A stretch of 64,000 bases of DNA from Leptolyngbyaceae cyanobacterium. Lineage in GTDB: Bacteria > Cyanobacteriota > Cyanobacteriia > Phormidesmidales > Phormidesmidaceae. Position 1 is the first letter of the stretch, and each line of letters opens with the position of its first letter. The stretch covers positions 1,280,001 through 1,344,000 of the forward strand of contig CBDHHL010000056.1 in assembly GCA_965263355.1 (NCBI GenBank). Direction: 5' to 3'. This document shows, piece by piece, positions 47,653 to 57,807 of the stretch. Both the position numbers and the translations under genes were made by a program. Under the pieces are notes generated by a model, which saw only the letters and a list, made by a program, of their open reading frames with translations, did no database searches and had not been told where the DNA came from.

Positions 47653-48891
47653 CTAATTGGTAAGAAGTTGAGTGCAAGTTTGGTGGTTTTGGGTTTTCTG
47701 TTGTTTTATACGGTCGATAATTGTTAAGAAAGCATTGACTTCACAATTTAAGTCTTGATTAGCAAATACTTCTTGAGCATTTTGGCTGTAGAGTTGACGC
47801 GTTTGAGTGTTGGTTAGTGAAAGAATAGCATTGGCGAGCGCATCAGGTTTACCACATGGGTAAACAAGACCATTGTAATGATGACGCACAGTATCACTAT
47901 AACCCCAGTTACCACATCGATCGCTAATGATGGCTGCACATCCACAGGCCATAGCTTCAGAAACTACTAATGGATGTGGATCTGACCATGAGCTAGCAAC
48001 AAATACATCCAAAGCCGCATAATAGAGTGGTAGCTTACTCTGATTAATAAATCCAACATTTAAGACCTCACCATTAAGCTCGCTCAGGCGTTGGTCAATA
48101 GCTGAGTTTAACTCACCACCACCCATCATAATGCCTCGAACTCGTGGGTCTTTACGATGAGCTTGAACAATCGCATCGATAAACTCAAAGGGATTTTTAC
48201 GCTCAATATATTTTCCAACAAAACCGTACAGAATTGTGTCGTTATTCCAAGCAAGTTCTGTTCTAACTTGTTTAATTGCTTCTGGATTATTTCTCAACGT
48301 TTGTTCGTAGCGTTCTCGATCCACTGGATAGCAACCCCTAACAATTTTATCGGCAGGAACGCCATAATGCCGAAGATATATCTCATTATGATCACCACTA
48401 GAAATCCAATGATCTACCCAACTATACATAGAGGGATAAAGTAAAGTGGTAATGAGCTTTCTTAAATAGCTAAAATGTGCATCAGTAATAATAGTTGAGT
48501 CGTTTTGCATAATAATGGGGATGCCTTGTTGTTTGCAAAGCAAGACAGCTAATCGGTAAGAATAGGCATAGAAGCTACTAATAAAAACAGCATCAAAGTT
48601 TTTAGATCTAAGTTGACTAATTAAACCCGGATTAAAAAGTGATCGTTTAATTGTTGGTGCAATATTACCGTCCCAATTTTGAAGATATTTATAGTTGTAA
48701 CCACTTGTCAGATCTACGTCCCAAGCTGCAGCATTACCTAAACCTTTAGCTCCTTGGGGTTGATTTTCAGTACAAAGATAAAATGCTGAGACAGAAACTC
48801 CTGGTTGGGCATTGAGTTTACGCCAGAGGGGCGCATGATGCTGAGTGGGATGTGTAAAAACAACGCCTAGGCAAAAGTCATCAGTTAACAT
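47653..48891 (-). CDS. glycosyltransferase family 4
   Basis: THP.QH..PL, WDVDL..GY, FVGK.IERKN, D.HPLVVSEAMACG. Confidence 0.9.
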   Translation of the reverse strand: MLTDDFCLGVVFTHPTQHHAPLWRKLNAQPGVSVSAFYLCTENQPQGAKGLGNAAAWDVDLTSGYNYKYLQNWDGNIAPTIKRSLFNPGLISQLRSKNFDAVFISSFYAYSYRLAVLLCKQQGIPIIMQNDSTIITDAHFSYLRKLITTLLYPSMYSWVDHWISSGDHNEIYLRHYGVPADKIVRGCYPVDRERYEQTLRNNPEAIKQVRTELAWNNDTILYGFVGKYIERKNPFEFIDAIVQAHRKDPRVRGIMMGGGELNSAIDQRLSELNGEVLNVGFINQSKLPLYYAALDVFVASSWSDPHPLVVSEAMACGCAAIISDRCGNWGYSDTVRHHYNGLVYPCGKPDALANAILSLTNTQTRQLYSQNAQEVFANQDLNCEVNAFLTIIDRIKQQKTQNHQTCTQLLTN

Positions 48892-48996
48892 GGATCTGAC
48901 TACCTACTACTAATGGTTTAATAAAGGAACAATAACAGTACAAGTCTTCTCAGTTAGAAAATATTTAAAAAAGTTGTTTCTCAAAAAGGAATGAGA

Positions 48997-50151
48997 TTAG
49001 GAGATTCCTTGAACAATAGTTTGAGCTACGTTTTCCCAGGTGAATTTTTTTAGAACCGTTGCTTTACCTGCCTGACCCATTTGAGATGTTTGTTCTGGGT
49101 TATTAATAGCTTCAATAATAGAGCTTGCCAAATGTTTGGGCTTCATCGGTGGCGCTAGCCATCCTGTGATACCATTTTCAACAATTCCTGAGACAGATCC
49201 GGAGTCATAAGAAATAACCGCTAAACCTGTAGCCTGGGCTTCTGCAATAGCTCGTCCAAATGACTCCGCCCTAGACGGGAGTATGGCAAGGTGTGCCCAA
49301 TCGAGTTCTTTTCTTAGCTCATCAGGCTCTAAACGCCCTAAAAAGAGCACATTTTTTTCAAGGCCATATTGATTAATGGCATGTTTGACTTTTTCAACCT
49401 CACCCCAACCTGCAATTTTTAGTTGCCAATTATGATAGCCATCTTCTGTAATGGAATCTAGGGCTTCAAGTACATCAAAGATACCTTTAATAGGAGCTAG
49501 AGAACCATAGAAAATAAAGTTTGATATTTCTGTATAAGGTAGGCGTACAGACGACTTGAGAAAAATAGAATCTATTCCTCTGTAAGTAATGTGAATACAC
49601 TGATCATCTATAGCAAATAGGTTGATAAGTTCCTGGCGTGTAAACTCAGAAGATACAAACACAGCATCCGCTGCTTTAAGCATACGCCAGCGGAAATATC
49701 GATTGCTCAGATTTGAAAGCCATCGCATCTTGCGGGTACGATTAAGCAAAACCTCATAAGATGGATGGGCTGCGATCATACCAAAAGTAATATTATGCTT
49801 GGCTAAATAACCTCTTAAAAAGGCGGCCTCATAATCCCAACATAAGACTGCATGAAGGGGAGTTTTGCTATGCAGGTTTATGATTGCTTGCCTAAATGAC
49901 ATAGCAGTAAAGAAATAATGCCCCTTTTGTTTAGATACGGGAATAACTGAAATTGAGCTATCAGCCAGAGTAAATGGCGCATCATCAGAGATATGTAACA
50001 GAGTAACTTCTATTCCTAACTTTTCTAGATGACGTGCAATTTGGAGACAGCTTCTTGCGCCGCCGCCAGGATCTCTAAAGGGAGATGCAGGATAGGTGAT
50101 AGCTATTCTGAAAGCTTTATGCATATCTAATAAAAGAGAACAAAGTCTCAC
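48997..50151 (-). CDS. glycosyltransferase family 4
   Basis: PGGG, G.L.PIKG, PSRAESFG..IAEAQA.GL.VI. Confidence 0.9.
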   Translation of the reverse strand: MRLCSLLLDMHKAFRIAITYPASPFRDPGGGARSCLQIARHLEKLGIEVTLLHISDDAPFTLADSSISVIPVSKQKGHYFFTAMSFRQAIINLHSKTPLHAVLCWDYEAAFLRGYLAKHNITFGMIAAHPSYEVLLNRTRKMRWLSNLSNRYFRWRMLKAADAVFVSSEFTRQELINLFAIDDQCIHITYRGIDSIFLKSSVRLPYTEISNFIFYGSLAPIKGIFDVLEALDSITEDGYHNWQLKIAGWGEVEKVKHAINQYGLEKNVLFLGRLEPDELRKELDWAHLAILPSRAESFGRAIAEAQATGLAVISYDSGSVSGIVENGITGWLAPPMKPKHLASSIIEAINNPEQTSQMGQAGKATVLKKFTWENVAQTIVQGIS

Positions 50152-50224
50152 CTCAAGTTGGTAATCTCTAAGCAGAACTTTAATGCTGAATTGTGCAAAT
50201 AAGCTAAGTCACTACGACAAAAGC

Positions 50225-51100
50225 CTATTTAGATACTCTGGTGCATAAAAAGTTACCCGAAATATTTTCACCTAATTTTTTAATAGAAGTTAGCTTATAG
50301 TTGTTAAAAGGAAGATACTCGATGCGTGAAATGGCATAACCTGTTTTTGCAAGTAGTTCAAAGACCTCCTTAGAGCTACTACCTAACTTAATAAGATGAT
50401 CGTTAGTTACTTCAATCAATAAATTTTCTATTTTTCCTTCTCTCAAAGTGTTAAGCATCCCTTTGAGCACTAACATTTCTGCACCTTCTACATCGATTTT
50501 CAATAGTTTTATATGGTCAATGGTGTGATTCTCAATGTAATTATCAAAGGTTACCATTTTTACAGTTTCCTTTGACTTATCAGGATAATTCTCAGAGTTT
50601 CGGACTATGCTAGCACCACCGCCATTTTTACCATTTACCCCTGAAAGAACTATTTCACCATTAGAATCAGAAATAGCGAGATTTTCAGTTACTACATTAT
50701 TGAAGTTGTTGATTTCGACATTTCTATTCAAATGAGCAAAGATATTACTTCCTGGTTCAAAGGCTATAACTTTCCCTTCAGAGCCAACAATATTTCCTAC
50801 CAATACTGTATACCAGCCAATATTTGCCCCAATATCAACAAAAACATCTCCTGAATTTAAGATTTTTTTCAGTATCTTTGCTTCTCGAAGTTCGTAGAAT
50901 CCACGAAAGAATAAATTTCGCTGAATATATTCTTTATAGTCTTTGATTTCGAACTTCCCCTTCAAATTATCTACTGATATAGAGATGATAGTTGGTTCTT
51001 CCGGATATTTGATATTTGAATCATGCCTCTCAATCAGCTTAATAATTCTATTTGGAATTAGCTTTGAAGATGTAAATCTCCTCAGTATTGATGCTTTCAT
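50225..51100 (-). CDS. FkbM family methyltransferase
   Basis: FVDIGANIG, IAFEP, KIDVEGAE. Confidence 0.92.
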   Translation of the reverse strand: MKASILRRFTSSKLIPNRIIKLIERHDSNIKYPEEPTIISISVDNLKGKFEIKDYKEYIQRNLFFRGFYELREAKILKKILNSGDVFVDIGANIGWYTVLVGNIVGSEGKVIAFEPGSNIFAHLNRNVEINNFNNVVTENLAISDSNGEIVLSGVNGKNGGGASIVRNSENYPDKSKETVKMVTFDNYIENHTIDHIKLLKIDVEGAEMLVLKGMLNTLREGKIENLLIEVTNDHLIKLGSSSKEVFELLAKTGYAISRIEYLPFNNYKLTSIKKLGENISGNFLCTRVSK

Positions 51101-51258
51101 AGTTCTAGAATTCCAGCTTATCAGGACAAGGTAAAATGCTTTTAATCTAAATATTTATGGTATCAACTTTACTATTTTTACATAGTGAATAGTCCAATTT
51201 CAGGCTATTTTTTCTTGTTTAATTGATTTCTTAGAAGTCTTAGTCAAGATATTTTTTA

Positions 51259-51301
51259 CTCTAACCTATAAAAATAATAATTATATTTTTATAGGTTAGA
51301 G
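51259..51301. repeat. perfect 18-bp inverted repeat (possible terminator)
   Basis: CTCTAACCTATAAAAATA-ATAATTA-TATTTTTATAGGTTAGAG. Confidence 0.85.
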
Positions 51302-51373
51302 ACTTAGTGTTGCATGACCTTTTTATGGCTTCTCTTATTTCCCACTAAAGTTTAGATTTTGGCTCTATATGGA

Positions 51374-51506
51374 TTTCTGGGAGGTCTAAATCAAGAAACG
51401 GCTAAAACCCTTATCACGCAAGGCTTTTAGTCCAGGAAGTGTAGTGCCTCTGAAATATGGTTTGGGTAAGGCTTACAGGCCATTTAATTAGTTCACCTCC
51501 CTGAAA
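51374..51506. mobile_element. MITE-like element (~133 bp)
   Basis: Terminal IR TTTCTGGGAGGT / ACCTCCCTGAAA (11 of 12), internal CTAAAACCCTT...AAGGCTTTTAG palindrome; higher GC than flanks. Confidence 0.5.
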
Positions 51507-51527
51507 CAGCTATTGAGCCTAGATTTT

Positions 51528-52970
51528 TTAATGATTATTCTTTGTAATAAACGAAGTAATCTCCTCGATTAGGATAGGCTCACAATAGTACAGCATAAAT
51601 AGATACAAAAAAGAGCCAACTGAATATGTAACTATTAGCAGTTGACTATTCGTTAAGTGACTTGAAAGAAGAGATCTTAAGAGCCCTAAGATAGCTATTA
51701 AGATTGATGATACGAGAAGTGGAGAAATATATTGTTTTATCATTTCTTTTCTGCTCATTCTCAAAAAAACACAACTGATATAAATACTAATTGGAGCAGT
51801 GAGCAATGCCATAGCTACAAAGCCTTGCGAAACAGCAACTATTCCTTTATTAAAGACAAGAAAGAATACAGCAATATTAGCTGCTGTTTCTATAAGTCTA
51901 ATCTTTAAGGCTAATCCTGGTTTACCAATAGCAACAATCAATGTGCTATTTAGATATGTCAATGAGTGTATAATTCCCAAAATGGCTAGCCATCGCATGA
52001 CAGATATACTATCTTGCCATTGCTCTCCAAAGAAAACATTGACGATTTCAGGTGAAGTTAAAGCAACAGAACTAAATATAGGAAAAGAAAAAAGACTAAT
52101 AATATGTATTAACTTTGAAAAGAATTTTCTTAGTTTATTTATATCATTCTGCATTCTTGAGAAGGCAGGTACAGAGACTCGTTGTATAATCCCCATTAAA
52201 GATTCAGTTAGCAGTAATAGTAATCGGTAGGCAATGCTATATGTACCAAGTGCAGTAGTCCCTAAATAATAACCAATCAAAAAGTCATCCGCTCTTCTAT
52301 AGAAGAAATTTAGGCATTGTAAACCAATAACATTAGCGCCAAAACTAAACAACTCCCTAAAATGTTTAAGTGAAATCTTTAAACCAGGTCGCCAACGTGC
52401 AATATGCCAGAGCATAAGTAATCTGACACAGCTATGGGTAATTGACTTTAAAACTAGACTCCAAACACCCAATCCCCCAATTGCAGCAGCAATTCCAACA
52501 ATACCTGAGAGAAATGTAGCAGTTAAAGAGCGAGCTGAAAGAGATTTAAAGTCTAGATTTCTGATTAAGATTGCTTCTTGAACCTTGCTAAAGCCAGCTA
52601 ATATAAACCCAACTGAAAGCCATCTAATAACTGGTTTTAACAAGGGCTCATTCATCAAGTGAGCAATACTTCCAGCGATTGATATCATACATACAGTAAT
52701 GATGCCGCTTACGCTGAGGCTCACCCAAAAAGCTGTATTCAAATGTTCTTCTTCAATCTCTTTTCGCTGAACAATTGCTTGGGAGAAACCTTGGTCAATA
52801 AATAACTGTAAAAAATCTAGAAATACGGACGATAAAGCGACAAGGCCAAAGGCTTCTGGCTCTAGTAAGCGAGCTAAAGCAAAAAACACAGCCGCTGAAA
52901 TAAGACGTTGGCCCCAGCTTTCAAGTGCAGACCATAAGACTCCATGAACAGTTTTGAGTTTTATATTCAT
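51528..52970 (-). CDS. wzx: Wzx polysaccharide flippase (PST family)
   Basis: LARLL.PE.FGL, D.G...A..Q, G.GVWSLV, W.P, D...IG..LG...LG.Y..A. Confidence 0.9.
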   Translation of the reverse strand: MNIKLKTVHGVLWSALESWGQRLISAAVFFALARLLEPEAFGLVALSSVFLDFLQLFIDQGFSQAIVQRKEIEEEHLNTAFWVSLSVSGIITVCMISIAGSIAHLMNEPLLKPVIRWLSVGFILAGFSKVQEAILIRNLDFKSLSARSLTATFLSGIVGIAAAIGGLGVWSLVLKSITHSCVRLLMLWHIARWRPGLKISLKHFRELFSFGANVIGLQCLNFFYRRADDFLIGYYLGTTALGTYSIAYRLLLLLTESLMGIIQRVSVPAFSRMQNDINKLRKFFSKLIHIISLFSFPIFSSVALTSPEIVNVFFGEQWQDSISVMRWLAILGIIHSLTYLNSTLIVAIGKPGLALKIRLIETAANIAVFFLVFNKGIVAVSQGFVAMALLTAPISIYISCVFLRMSRKEMIKQYISPLLVSSILIAILGLLRSLLSSHLTNSQLLIVTYSVGSFLYLFMLYYCEPILIEEITSFITKNNH

Positions 52971-53199
52971 GAATCTGTAATTGCTAGTTGATATTTTTAG
53001 TAAAGAGCATCAATAGATTTTTCCAAAAAGAGATTTCAACTTAATCTGAAAAATCTTAGATAAGTTAGGATTCAGAGAATAAGGAGTAGAGAGGGTTGGA
53101 TTCTGATTTCTACCCTCTGAATCCTATCCTTAGAAAAACACTCCACTTTAATTTGCTGTTCTTAGCAAAATCCTGAAAATACTGGAAATAGAAAAGGTT

Positions 53200-54096
53200 C
53201 TATTTATGATGAGAGGCTAACTTGAGTTTTTGTATCATCTTTCTATCCTTACAACAAAGAACATCATGATACTTTGTACTTTCTGGCGTAAATTCTTGAA
53301 TAGGATTTAATATCGTTTCACAGTTTTGAGTATCAATGCCAAAAAGTGAAAAGCCATAATGTTCCATCTTTTGAAACAGAGAGATTTTTTCTTCTAATGG
53401 AATATGTGTGTTTTCAAATACGATAAATTTGAGTTTGTTTTGTTCTAGTAACCATGGTAATAGGTAAAGTTCTGCACCCTCTACATCAACTTTGGCACCA
53501 AAGTTTCTATCTGTTAATAGAGGTGGTAGATAGGTTTGAATATTTTTTACTTTCAAAGAAATCTTATCTGTTGCTTCTGAATCTTTGAATACAAAACTTG
53601 CTTCACCCGTGTGCTCACTAGAGCGACACATTTCAAGAACACCATCCTGGTTCATCAAGCCAACATCATGTAAAACCACGTTAGACAAGCTATTATTATG
53701 AATAGCATCCTTTAATCTATGACAAAGCTCAGGCTGAGGTTCAAAAAGATGAATTTCTCCATCAGAGCCTACAATATCCTGACACATTAAGCCAACTACA
53801 CCATAATTTGCACCGATATCTAAGAAAATGTCTCCTGGGCTCAGTAAAGATTGACATGTTTCAATAGTTTCTGGATAGGCTGAACCATATATATAGAGCA
53901 TTCTGCCGTTATAATCTTTAACATCCACAGTGATAGAGATGCCATTGTTAAGATGAGTCAGTATCTGAGTGTTTTGCTTTGGTAGTAAGAACTTGATATA
54001 ACGGCTATTGGACACTCGCTTATAAAGCGATCTTCCATTAGGTGAATATTTTAGAAAATATCGGATGATGTTTAAGATAGTTAGATTTAGGTTCAT
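53200..54096 (-). CDS. FkbM family methyltransferase
   Basis: FLDIGANYG, FEPQ, KVDVEGAE. Confidence 0.92.
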   Translation of the reverse strand: MNLNLTILNIIRYFLKYSPNGRSLYKRVSNSRYIKFLLPKQNTQILTHLNNGISITVDVKDYNGRMLYIYGSAYPETIETCQSLLSPGDIFLDIGANYGVVGLMCQDIVGSDGEIHLFEPQPELCHRLKDAIHNNSLSNVVLHDVGLMNQDGVLEMCRSSEHTGEASFVFKDSEATDKISLKVKNIQTYLPPLLTDRNFGAKVDVEGAELYLLPWLLEQNKLKFIVFENTHIPLEEKISLFQKMEHYGFSLFGIDTQNCETILNPIQEFTPESTKYHDVLCCKDRKMIQKLKLASHHK

Positions 54097-54159
54097 GTGA
54101 TTGTTTAGTTAGTGATTTTGCTGCTTACTTAATACAATTAGTGCTCTCTCAATACTTTT

Positions 54160-55173
54160 TCAGGATATTTCAGTATTTCTGATTCTTATATGAGTTTTAT
54201 CTGTGAGGTGAGGTTTCAACTGTTCAATTAAATCTGCTGTTCTAATTTTGACGCCTCGATTATGTAGATGATACTGAGAATCATAAAATAAGGAAATATC
54301 ATACATAGCCTGCTCTGGTGTCCCGATGATGGGAACTTCAAGATGTGCATAAAAATCTGCGATACTTTTGAAAAGGGATTGAGTATTGGGTTGTTGATAA
54401 ATCTCAAAACGAATTGTATTTGGCCATGTGGCTAATACTTCAATATCATTATCACGACAATATTTGATAAATTTCTCGATACTACTTAACCCTTTACTCT
54501 CAGATACGTAATGACTTTTTATCAAAGATTGCCAAGGCGGTAATTTGTCGCGCTTCTCAATTTGCTCTGCCGTCATGGTTTCTTCAAACATAATCGTTGC
54601 ATCACCATATTCATTCATACGGGAAAATTGTTCTTCTAAATCGATGTCCTCATTTTTGTCTCTAGACTCAATCCCTTCTACTAGTCTTAGAAAGCTTACA
54701 CCTCCCATGAATTTCATCTGAGTGTCCCACCCAGATTGTTTAAAGTAGGGATAGTCGCGTGCAAATATATAATCTATCGCAGTATTATTCGGCTCTCCAT
54801 TATAGAGGTAGCTCTCATACTCAAGCGGTAGTAGTACAACATCTCCAGGCTTAACCCATTTTTTTGCATTGTAGAAAATATAATCAATTCCTAGAGCAAA
54901 AGCAATACCGCCATTGAAACAGTTGATTTCAATCTCTTCTTCAATTTGCTGACAGCTCAGTCCTTGAAGTGAATTAGAACCAGAAATAAATACTAGTTTA
55001 TTCTGATCCTTAGGCATTTTTTGATATAGCTCATGCTTAACCAAAAGCGTCTTATGGCGAATTTCTGAACTTTTGGTTGGTGCACCAACCTGAGCATATA
55101 CTACACCTACATAAGTAAGACATAGAATAATTAACCCAGCAATAACACCTTGAAAGTATTTTCCGTATTTCAT
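54160..55173 (-). CDS. membrane-anchored SGNH/DltD/AlgJ-like partner of MBOAT
   Basis: N-terminal TM, SGSNS, FYD..YHL...G...T; 2 nt downstream of the MBOAT gene. Confidence 0.6.
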   Translation of the reverse strand: MKYGKYFQGVIAGLIILCLTYVGVVYAQVGAPTKSSEIRHKTLLVKHELYQKMPKDQNKLVFISGSNSLQGLSCQQIEEEIEINCFNGGIAFALGIDYIFYNAKKWVKPGDVVLLPLEYESYLYNGEPNNTAIDYIFARDYPYFKQSGWDTQMKFMGGVSFLRLVEGIESRDKNEDIDLEEQFSRMNEYGDATIMFEETMTAEQIEKRDKLPPWQSLIKSHYVSESKGLSSIEKFIKYCRDNDIEVLATWPNTIRFEIYQQPNTQSLFKSIADFYAHLEVPIIGTPEQAMYDISLFYDSQYHLHNRGVKIRTADLIEQLKPHLTDKTHIRIRNTEIS

Positions 55174-55175
55174 GC

Positions 55176-56681
55176 TTAGAAGTTAAAGTATAGAAACTCA
55201 CTACTAGGTGCCCGAAGAGCACACTTGACTGTCAAAAAAAGCAGTCCAGAAAGCGATAGACCAAATATGAAATTAGGCCGCCAATTTAAAGCTTTCCAAG
55301 TATTATCGGCTTTTTCAGATAGCTCGGTAATTGTGGGCTTGTAGTTCTGCATTAGCTGACTTATATTAGGCAATATTAAAACCCACAAGCATAGACCTAC
55401 AATCTGTATCAAGGTCTGTGGATAAACCTCTGAGAGTGATACTTGAAAGCCATTCAGACCTAGCATCGATTTCCATATATTCACTGCACTAGAAACTGTT
55501 TCCGCTCGAAATATTACCCAGCTAAAGACTACTAGTCCAAACGTTAGTAACTGTGCAGGTAATTTACTTATCCAATTTCCTTCTTTTGTGCTTTTATCAA
55601 ACAAATGTTTGGTTAACTTTCTCCAGACATGGTTTATGCTCAGGTAGAATCCATGAATACCCCCCCAAAGCACAAAAGTCCATCCAGCTCCGTGCCATAA
55701 TCCTCCAAGCAACATCGTAATCATCAAATTGCTAATTTGGCGTACCTGCCCATGACGATTGCCGCCTAGGGGAATATATAAATAGTCACGTAAGAAATTA
55801 GACAGTGTGATGTGCCAGCGACGCCAAAAGTCTGAAATATCAGTTGCTTTGTAAGGAGAATTAAAGTTGAGAGGCAATACAATTCCAAACATTCTGGCAA
55901 TACCCAATGCCATCTCTGAATAGCCAGAAAAGTCAAAGTACAGCTGAAAACTATAAGCAAGTGCTCCTATCCATGCCTGGCAAAGCGTTAGCGAATCTCC
56001 CCCTAATGAAGATGTAAACATCGTATTTGCAATAGGAGCCATATTGTCTGCAATAACAATTTTCTTGTAGAGTCCAGCACAAAAAATTGTTACGCCAACA
56101 GTAAAATCTTCGATATTAAACTGATATATTTTCTTATTCCTAAACTGATGCATCATCTCCTTGTGATGCACAATCGGTCCTGCAATCAGCTGAGGAAAGA
56201 AAGTCACAAATAGACAATAATCGAGAAAACTATATTCTTTAGTCTCACCACGATAGGCATCTACTAAATATGAAATTTGCTGAAATGTAAAAAAGGAAAT
56301 TGCTAAAGGTAATAGGATTTCAGGGTTATGTAAATCTAACCCTAGTAAAGCATTGAGTGATTCTATAAAGAAGTTAGCGTATTTAAAGTAACCTAGAAGA
56401 GCAATATTGATTATAATTCCACCTATTAGATAAGTTTGCTTTATTCGTATTTTTTTAGATGGTTGAATATTGCTAATATGATTTCCTAGAAAAAAATTAA
56501 ATCCGATAGAGCCTAAAATTAAAAATAAATAGTTTGGATTCCACCAGCTATAAAAAAATAAAGATGCTGCTGTAATTAATATGATAGATATCTTACGCAG
56601 TCCTATTAAGTTAGAACTAAAAAATAACAGTAGCGTTACAGGTAGAAATACAAATATAAATTCAGTAGAATTAAAGAGCAT
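55176..56681 (-). CDS. MBOAT O-acyltransferase (AlgI/DltB-like)
   Basis: MLFNS.EF, LPLAISFFTFQ, FFPQLIAGPI, DFSGYS, FWRRWHITLS, GLWHGA. Confidence 0.94.
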   Translation of the reverse strand: MLFNSTEFIFVFLPVTLLLFFSSNLIGLRKISIILITAASLFFYSWWNPNYLFLILGSIGFNFFLGNHISNIQPSKKIRIKQTYLIGGIIINIALLGYFKYANFFIESLNALLGLDLHNPEILLPLAISFFTFQQISYLVDAYRGETKEYSFLDYCLFVTFFPQLIAGPIVHHKEMMHQFRNKKIYQFNIEDFTVGVTIFCAGLYKKIVIADNMAPIANTMFTSSLGGDSLTLCQAWIGALAYSFQLYFDFSGYSEMALGIARMFGIVLPLNFNSPYKATDISDFWRRWHITLSNFLRDYLYIPLGGNRHGQVRQISNLMITMLLGGLWHGAGWTFVLWGGIHGFYLSINHVWRKLTKHLFDKSTKEGNWISKLPAQLLTFGLVVFSWVIFRAETVSSAVNIWKSMLGLNGFQVSLSEVYPQTLIQIVGLCLWVLILPNISQLMQNYKPTITELSEKADNTWKALNWRPNFIFGLSLSGLLFLTVKCALRAPSSEFLYFNF

Positions 56682-56937
56682 GACTTAAATTCAATTTCTC
56701 AGTCCTATTGACTTTTCGATTAACCACTTTCTATGATAAAGAGACTTTAAAGACTTTTGCATAGAAAAAGAGTTTTTTGGGAAGTCCCTTCAAATTAAAA
56801 CTAAACTGTGATTTAAGCAATCTCCACAGTTTTCTATTACTGCCTAAGCAGCTTGCTGAAAATTTATGACTATACATACTCAACAAGCTGCTAAAAGGTT
56901 TCCGAATTAAGCTGCTATAACAAGTTAATCAACAAGA

Positions 56938-57807
56938 CTACCTTGTTATTCGCTGCTTCAGAGTAACTTCGGGATTAATCCAGCCAAATCTGGGCTCTAA
57001 ACCCAGCTTAATTTTCACCAGCTGTTTAGCTGCTAACAGAAGAAACAATGGACTCGTTTTTGCATAGCGTTTCCATAACCTCCGAGGCTCTTGTATTAAA
57101 CGATACAACCACTCAAGTCCACTCTTCTGAATCCAAACAGGAGCCCACTTCTTTTCACCAGCAAAGATCGGAAATACGCCACCTAGACCAACCATTACTG
57201 CCTGGACTCGGTCCTTATGCTCATGCATCCACCACTCTTGCTTAGGGCAACCTAATGACACCAGCACCAACCCAGCACCACTATCATTGATCTCCTGCAC
57301 TAACGCCTCATCCTCATCCCGAGTTAACGGCCTAAACGGTGGCGATACCATTCCCACCACGTTTAAAGAAGGAAATTCTACCTTCAACCGTTGTTCCATG
57401 CCATATAACACTCCAGGGGTGGAGCCTAAGAAAAAGACACTAATATCTTGCTGAGCCGCTTTCTTACACAAACTCAACAAAATATCCATCCCCGCTACCC
57501 GATCCTGCTTGCGCCTTCTGAGACGACTAGTCACCCATACCAGCGGCATACCATCCGGCGTCAGCATATCCGCCTGGTACAAAACCCTAGCAAACCCCTC
57601 ATGGGCCTTTGCCTCAATTAACATATGCACATTGGCCACACACACGACCTTACTAAGTCGCTGATGTGCCCAGCCCAGCATAGTATCAATTTGCCTAGAA
57701 AACGGTTCTGCGGTTACAGGAAAACTTATTACACTTTGCGTTTCCAGGGTTTGATTATTCTCCTGCCAAAGGTCTATAAGGCTGGACTTAGTAGTCGAAT
57801 ACAGCAT
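56938..57807 (-). CDS. WecB/TagA/CpsF family glycosyltransferase (GT26)
   Basis: ANVH, PDGMP, RVAG.D, PPFR, LGCPKQE, GLEW.YRL.QEPRRLWKRY. Confidence 0.94.
   Translation of the reverse strand: MLYSTTKSSLIDLWQENNQTLETQSVISFPVTAEPFSRQIDTMLGWAHQRLSKVVCVANVHMLIEAKAHEGFARVLYQADMLTPDGMPLVWVTSRLRRRKQDRVAGMDILLSLCKKAAQQDISVFFLGSTPGVLYGMEQRLKVEFPSLNVVGMVSPPFRPLTRDEDEALVQEINDSGAGLVLVSLGCPKQEWWMHEHKDRVQAVMVGLGGVFPIFAGEKKWAPVWIQKSGLEWLYRLIQEPRRLWKRYAKTSPLFLLLAAKQLVKIKLGLEPRFGWINPEVTLKQRITR

Noticed and set aside
51374..51506. CRISPR leader or array
   Set aside because: Contains a leader-like AAACCCTT...AAGGCTTT palindrome but no repeat-spacer units or cas genes anywhere in the window.
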